Assembly (NCBI GenBank): GCA_001775555.1
Contig: MEXE01000042.1
Span: 1 to 46,243, forward strand
Direction of reading: 5' to 3'
From: Candidatus Amesbacteria bacterium RBG_19FT_COMBO_48_16
Lineage (GTDB): Bacteria; Patescibacteriota; Microgenomatia; CAZETR01; Amesbacteraceae
Length of the DNA: 46,243 nucleotides
Every line of letters begins with the position of its first letter. Positions within the stretch are counted from its first letter, which is position 1. The notes below the pieces were generated by a model. It saw only the letters and a program-made list of their open reading frames with translations. It ran no database searches and was not told the DNA's origin. The position numbers and the translations under genes were made by a program. Below are positions 42,275 to 46,243 of the stretch, in pieces.

Positions 42275-42747
42275 AATTTTCAATTTTAAATTTACAATTT
42301 TCATTGAATTTTCAGTTTATTAATTTTCATTTAATACTTTCTTCTTTGAAACGATTTTAGAAAAGATCAGGTTAAATTCCTGCGCTTCTTTCCATAAATC
42401 ACGGCATTCTTGCTTTAAGTTTTCATCGTCTAAGGCATTACCAAGAAGTCTTAGCCAATATTTCGTTTCCCTCGATTCTTTTTTACAAATAAATATCTTG
42501 CTATTGAAGTCTTTTTTACTTGATGCACCATTAGCTTCACAATAATTGGCTCCAATACTTGTTCCAGAGCGGATCAACTGATCAAGTATTGGAATCGTGA
42601 CTGGGTTTTTAGGACATCTCTTGCACAGATCAACTATCCTTTCGGCAAAAACAGTTGTTCTCTCCTCCAAATCGTATTTATTTGAAACTTGAGTCATTGT
42701 TCAAATGTAAATTGATTGAAAATTGAGAAATGAAAATTGAAAATTAT
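42273..42747. mobile_element. ~475-bp cassette carrying the four-helix-bundle gene, bounded by A/T-rich inverted repeats
   Basis: ATAATTTTCAATTTT at 42273-42287 is the exact reverse complement of 42733-42747. The flanking ~40 nt on each side are similar in composition and motifs. The right repeat forms the aberrant C-terminus of the Bro-N fragment. Confidence 0.4.
42320..42697 (-). CDS. Four-helix-bundle protein (23S rRNA intervening-sequence protein / Avd family)
   Basis: 125 aa. ...LIRSGTSIGANYCEANGASSKKDFNSKIFICKKESRETKYWLRLL is the hallmark of this family. Confidence 0.85.
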   Translation of the reverse strand: MTQVSNKYDLEERTTVFAERIVDLCKRCPKNPVTIPILDQLIRSGTSIGANYCEANGASSKKDFNSKIFICKKESRETKYWLRLLGNALDDENLKQECRDLWKEAQEFNLIFSKIVSKKKVLNEN

Positions 42748-43030
42748 AATTGGTGGCTAACTCGGGATCTTCTATCTCCTGCATCCGTTCATAGCCAACT
42801 CTTGCTAACCAGCGTTTGAACGGCAATTTCAGTTGTCGACAAAGTGTCGACAACTCAACACCGCTTGACTCTTTTTCTCTCTGTTTCATCCGGTACCAAT
42901 AATCTCTTGGCTTATTACTATCTGTTAACGCTTCGATAATATCCACAATAGAAAAATACCACTCGTTTGCGTGGATAGTTTTTCGTATTTTTTTACCTTT
43001 GAATATCGCAATTTTTGTTGTTTCAACCAT
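42701..43030 (-). pseudogene. Bro-N domain protein fragment (internal deletion and truncated C-terminus)
   Basis: MVETTKIAIFKGKKIRKTIHANEWYFSIVDIIEALTDSNKPRDYWYRMKQR...STLCRQLKL joins directly to PFKRWLARVGYERMQEIEDPELA. About 30 residues normally found between these blocks are missing. It then runs into repeat-derived TNYNFQFSFLNFQSIYI-stop. Full-length relatives continue for well over 100 aa. Confidence 0.65.
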
Positions 43031-43225
43031 TATGTTACTTGTATCAGTTTTGAGCGTAAAAAACAATTGAAAAAAGAGGAGCGAAGGCCGCCGGCCTGCC
43101 CGCCGAAACTTTAGTATAGGCGGGAGCTGACAAAAGAGCTGCAAACCGCGCTGGTTATATATCCGTTAACTCTCGTTTGGTTGCAAACTCGAGTACGACG
43201 GCCATAGAAGGGATATAATAAAAAC

Positions 43226-45322
43226 ATGTCCCGCAAGCGCTCTTTTCTTGGTCGGAAAAATTTCAAAGTCAAACTGAAAAAAACTACGGTCAGTTCTCTA
43301 ACCGCAATTCTTCTGTTCGCTGTTGCCGGTTTGACCTGGATTTCTTTTTTGCACCAGGGAATTCTTCTCACCCGGGTAAATCAGTTATTGGTGAGCCAGT
43401 TGGGGCTTATTCCGGTTTTTTTCCTGCCTTTCCCTTTGATTATCGGCGCCCTGATGATCACCAAAATCAAATCCACCTTAAGCGAACCCCATGTTTTTGT
43501 CGGCAGCTTGGTAGTGATCATAGCCACTATTGGTCTGGTTCATACCGGGTCGATAGGTCGGCAGATTTGGGATAACATCCGTCTGTTTCTTTCGACCCCC
43601 GGGGCCTTTCTTTTTTTAACCGCCGGTTTTGGAATCGGTTTTATTATTATGCTTAATATTCCCTTCGAAGATGTATTGAATTTTCTGATCAGATTTTTTT
43701 CACAAATCGCCTCGGCTTTATCCCGTCAAAAACCGGATGTCGCTCCGCCCCAGATGATCAAAGTGTCCGGAATGACTTCCTCGACTTCTGCTTCGGCACC
43801 TCAACTTACAAAATCCGAAACACCCAAAACTTCCGCACCCTCTGAATATGTCCCCACCCCCCCCGCTTCCGCCACCTCTGCCCCCTGGCGTTACCCGCCC
43901 CTGTCTCTCTTGTCAGAAAATATTTCCGGCAAAGCGGACCGCGGCAATGTGAATGTTAATGCTTCAACCATCGAAAAAACCCTGGAAGCTTTCGGTATCA
44001 TTGCCAAAGTAGTTGAAGTCAACCTTGGCCCGGCAGTTACCCAGTACGCCCTCGAAGTAGCGATTGGCACCAAGCTCTCCAAGATTAGCGCCTTAGGAAG
44101 CGATTTAGCCCTGGCTCTGGCGGCCCCCACCGGCCAAATCCGTATCGAAGCTCCTATTCCCGGCCGCTCGCTTGTCGGTATCGAGCTTCCCAACCGCTCC
44201 CCTGAATTCGTCTCCTTAAGAAAAGTCCTTGAATCGGATCCGATGAAACATCACAAAAGCAAAATCGCTGTCGCCATGGGTTTGGATGTATCCGGGGCCC
44301 CGGTCATCGCTGATATAGACCGCATGCCGCACATCCTGATAGCCGGAGCCACGGGGTCCGGGAAATCGGTTTGCATAAATGCCTTCATCGCCTCTATGCT
44401 TTTTCGCGCCAGTCCCCAGGAGTTGAACTTGATTATGGTCGATCCCAAACGGGTAGAACTGACAGGTTTTAACGGTATTCCCCATCTCCTTTCCCCGGTG
44501 ATTGTCGAACCCGAAAAAGTCCTCTCGGCTCTTAAATGGGCCATGGCTGAAATGGATCGCCGCTATCGGCTTTTTGCTGAAGTCGGGGTTAGAAATTTGG
44601 AAGGCTACAACGAGCTTTCCGGTTTCCAGGCTATGCCCTATATCATCATTATCATAGATGAGCTTGCGGATATCATGCTGTTTGCCCCGGTAGAAGTCGA
44701 GGACGCAATTACCCGGATAGCCCAAATGGCTCGGGCGACCGGGATCCATCTGGTAATTTCCACTCAACGGCCTTCAGTGGATATTATCACCGGCTTAATC
44801 AAAGCCAATATCCCCGCCCGCATCGCTTTTGCCGTTTCGTCAATGATCGATTCGCGGGTCATCATAGATCAGCCTGGAGCCGAAAAGCTGTTGGGCCGGG
44901 GGGACATGCTCTACATTCCTCCTGATCAGGCCAAACCTCTCCGCATTCAGGGTGCTTTCGTTTCGGATCGGGAAATTCGTCAGCTCATCGATTTTCTCAA
45001 AAAACAAGGTGTCGCTCCTCACTATACCGAGGAAGTAACTACTATGCCCGTCGGTTCATCCCGCCGCTCTGGTAAAGGAGCCGCTTTCATTGCCGCTGAT
45101 GGCGGGGAACGGGATTCTTTATTTGAAGAGGCTTTTCGGTTGATAATCCAAAGCGATAGTGCATCCGCTTCGTTTCTTCAGCGCAAACTGAGCATCGGCT
45201 ATGCCCGGGCTGCCCGGATTCTCGATGAGCTCCAGGACGCAGGTGTTGTCGGCCCGGCTGACGGTGCCAAACCCCGTGAGATTATTCTTCGTCAACTGCC
45301 GCCCGCATCACCTGCTTCATGA
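43226..45322 (+). CDS. ftsK: DNA translocase FtsK/SpoIIIE
   Basis: N-terminal TM helices, a Pro/Ser/Thr linker, the motor domain (ILIAGATGSGKSVCINA, IIIIIDELAD) and a C-terminal winged-helix gamma domain (...SFLQRKLSIGYARAARILDELQDAGVV). Confidence 0.95.
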   Translation: MSRKRSFLGRKNFKVKLKKTTVSSLTAILLFAVAGLTWISFLHQGILLTRVNQLLVSQLGLIPVFFLPFPLIIGALMITKIKSTLSEPHVFVGSLVVIIATIGLVHTGSIGRQIWDNIRLFLSTPGAFLFLTAGFGIGFIIMLNIPFEDVLNFLIRFFSQIASALSRQKPDVAPPQMIKVSGMTSSTSASAPQLTKSETPKTSAPSEYVPTPPASATSAPWRYPPLSLLSENISGKADRGNVNVNASTIEKTLEAFGIIAKVVEVNLGPAVTQYALEVAIGTKLSKISALGSDLALALAAPTGQIRIEAPIPGRSLVGIELPNRSPEFVSLRKVLESDPMKHHKSKIAVAMGLDVSGAPVIADIDRMPHILIAGATGSGKSVCINAFIASMLFRASPQELNLIMVDPKRVELTGFNGIPHLLSPVIVEPEKVLSALKWAMAEMDRRYRLFAEVGVRNLEGYNELSGFQAMPYIIIIIDELADIMLFAPVEVEDAITRIAQMARATGIHLVISTQRPSVDIITGLIKANIPARIAFAVSSMIDSRVIIDQPGAEKLLGRGDMLYIPPDQAKPLRIQGAFVSDREIRQLIDFLKKQGVAPHYTEEVTTMPVGSSRRSGKGAAFIAADGGERDSLFEEAFRLIIQSDSASASFLQRKLSIGYARAARILDELQDAGVVGPADGAKPREIILRQLPPASPAS

Positions 45323-45972
45323 AAACCGCCGGCCAGATTTTACAAGCCTCCCGCACAGCTAAAAAACTTGAAGTCGAAGATGTAGCCCGGATTACCAAAA
45401 TCCGGCCTCAGTTCCTCAAATTTCTGGAGGTGGATGACTACACCCGTCTTCCCAACGCCACTGTCGCCCGGGGTTTTATCAGAAATTATTGTGAGTTTTT
45501 AGGTCTCAACCCCGAGCATTTATTGGCCGTATTTAGGCGGGACTTTGACGAAAACCAGCAGGGGCAAATTGTCCCCCGGGTAGGCACCCAGCCCGTCAAG
45601 CCTGCCAGCCTTTGGACACCCAGAACTACCGTCATCGCCACCATGACCTTGATTTTTGCCCTTTTCGGCGCGTACCTTTTTTATCAATACCGCCTGCTCA
45701 CTGGACCTCCTTCTCTGGAAATCTCATCTCCAACCGGTACTTTATCGGTTAATCAATCCACTCTGGAAGTGATCGGCAAAACCGACCCCGAGGCTACTAT
45801 CTCCGTCAACGGCCAGCTGGTAGCTTTGGACAAAGGGGGCAGTTTTTCATTGCGGATCCCTCTGGAATTAGGTTCAAATGAAATTGTTGTTACCGCGATA
45901 GCCAAATCCGGTCGTAAATCGACTATTTCCAAAACCGTCAACCGGGTTGACAACTCCGCTCCCAGCCGGTAA
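45319..45972 (+). CDS. RodZ-like HTH membrane protein
   Basis: An XRE-type HTH (GQILQASRTAKKLEVEDVARITKIRPQFLKFLE...ARGFIRNYCEFLGL), one TM helix (VIATMTLIFALFGAYLFYQY) and a beta-rich C-terminal domain. ATGA overlap with ftsK. Confidence 0.7.
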   Translation: MKTAGQILQASRTAKKLEVEDVARITKIRPQFLKFLEVDDYTRLPNATVARGFIRNYCEFLGLNPEHLLAVFRRDFDENQQGQIVPRVGTQPVKPASLWTPRTTVIATMTLIFALFGAYLFYQYRLLTGPPSLEISSPTGTLSVNQSTLEVIGKTDPEATISVNGQLVALDKGGSFSLRIPLELGSNEIVVTAIAKSGRKSTISKTVNRVDNSAPSR

Positions 45973-45985
45973 TCTAAAAAACATC

Positions 45986-46243
45986 ATGACCTTGTTTGTT
46001 CAACTCCTTCTGGCGGTAGTCGTTACCACCTTGACTTTTCTCATCGCCTTTGTTTCTATCCAAGTTTTCCATATACTTCACGAGTTCCGTCTCACTCTGC
46101 GTCGTATTAATCGAATTCTCGAGCATACTCAAACCCTCTCCGAAACTGCCGCCCGCCCCATCACTGCGGTCAACGAGTTTTACTCCGAAGTCAAAGAATT
46201 GGTCGACGTCACTCAGGATCAAATAATTGCCCAAACTCCGGAT
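45986..46243 (+). CDS. Membrane-anchored coiled-coil protein (DUF948-like), 3' end outside the window
   Basis: Manual translation from ATG 45986 is open to the window edge: MTLFVQLLLAVVVTTLTFLIAFVSIQVFHILHEFRLTLRRINRILEHTQTLSETAARPITAVNEFYSEVKELVDV... The TM-plus-helical architecture is preferred over the antisense 86-aa track ORF. Confidence 0.55.
   Translation, partial: MTLFVQLLLAVVVTTLTFLIAFVSIQVFHILHEFRLTLRRINRILEHTQTLSETAARPITAVNEFYSEVKELVDVTQDQIIAQTPD

Noticed and set aside
42275-42304. N-terminal extension MKIVNLKLKI of the giant ORF, starting at 42304
   Set aside because: These codons are encoded by the A/T-rich inverted repeat of the neighbouring cassette, so ATG 42274 is the more plausible start. 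The longer form cannot be excluded.
42320-42697. A diversity-generating retroelement, suggested by the Avd-family gene beside a giant surface-protein gene
   Set aside because: The window contains no reverse-transcriptase ORF. I found no template/variable repeat pair with A-biased mismatches. The giant protein ends in SH3b rather than a C-type-lectin VR scaffold. I kept this only as a check to run genome-wide.
43091-43125. Hairpin CCCGCC-N14-GGCGGG and the GGCCGCCGGCC palindrome in the Bro-N/ftsK divergent spacer as a possible ncRNA or terminator
   Set aside because: The stem is short and the loop long, with no T-tract and no second copy. The evidence is insufficient.
45974-46234. 86-aa minus-strand ORF from the track at the right edge of the window
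   Set aside because: The plus strand from ATG 45986 is open to the window end. It encodes a clean TM helix plus a helical domain (DUF948-like). The minus-strand product (…GAGGSFGEGLS…) looks like an antisense shadow.

Overview
The window reads as one contiguous piece of a small, streamlined bacterial genome. It is probably of the Candidate Phyla Radiation/Patescibacteria type. This is an inference from gene content: no rpmD between rpsE and rplO, a minimal IF-2, a short HrcA, DUF559 and four-helix-bundle genes, and a giant surface protein. Most of the window is core housekeeping. On the plus strand this comprises the lepA 3' end, hrcA-grpE-dnaK, a YbaK-type deacylase, dnaJ, nusA-infB, rpsO-pnp, a Lon-like AAA+ protein, a family-4 UDG, RNase J, ftsK and a RodZ-like gene. 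On the minus strand a ~16.5 kb block (6916-23402) runs fusA-tuf-rpsJ-[insert]-rplCDWB-rpsS-rplV-rpsC-rplP-rpmC-rpsQ-rplNXE-rpsN-rpsH-rplFR-rpsE-rplO-secY-adk-map-infA-rpmJ-rpsM-rpsK. I saw no rRNA, tRNA or CRISPR array. The unusual content is accessory material wedged into this backbone, as follows. (1) A ~520-bp insert sits between rpsJ and rplC, bracketed by a duplicated rpsJ 3' end. (2) A ~490-bp cassette after dnaJ carries a frameshifted DUF559 endonuclease gene and is followed by a second copy of the dnaJ 3' end and a dnaJ-leader-like segment. (3) A ~475-bp four-helix-bundle (Avd/23S-IVS-protein family) cassette with inverted A/T-rich ends truncates a Bro-N gene. (4) A family of four near-perfect hairpins (CCCTCTTAA-N1-3-TTAAGAGGG) lies in leaders and spacers, and the 3' arm of each mimics the downstream Shine-Dalgarno. 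(5) A 2165-2175-aa multidomain surface protein has its 5' end built from ~80-bp tandem repeats. (6) Several genes look degenerate or minimal: Lon without a protease domain, a DHH-like protein without catalytic motifs, and the short IF-2 and HrcA. All family assignments come from motif recognition by eye. No database search was run.
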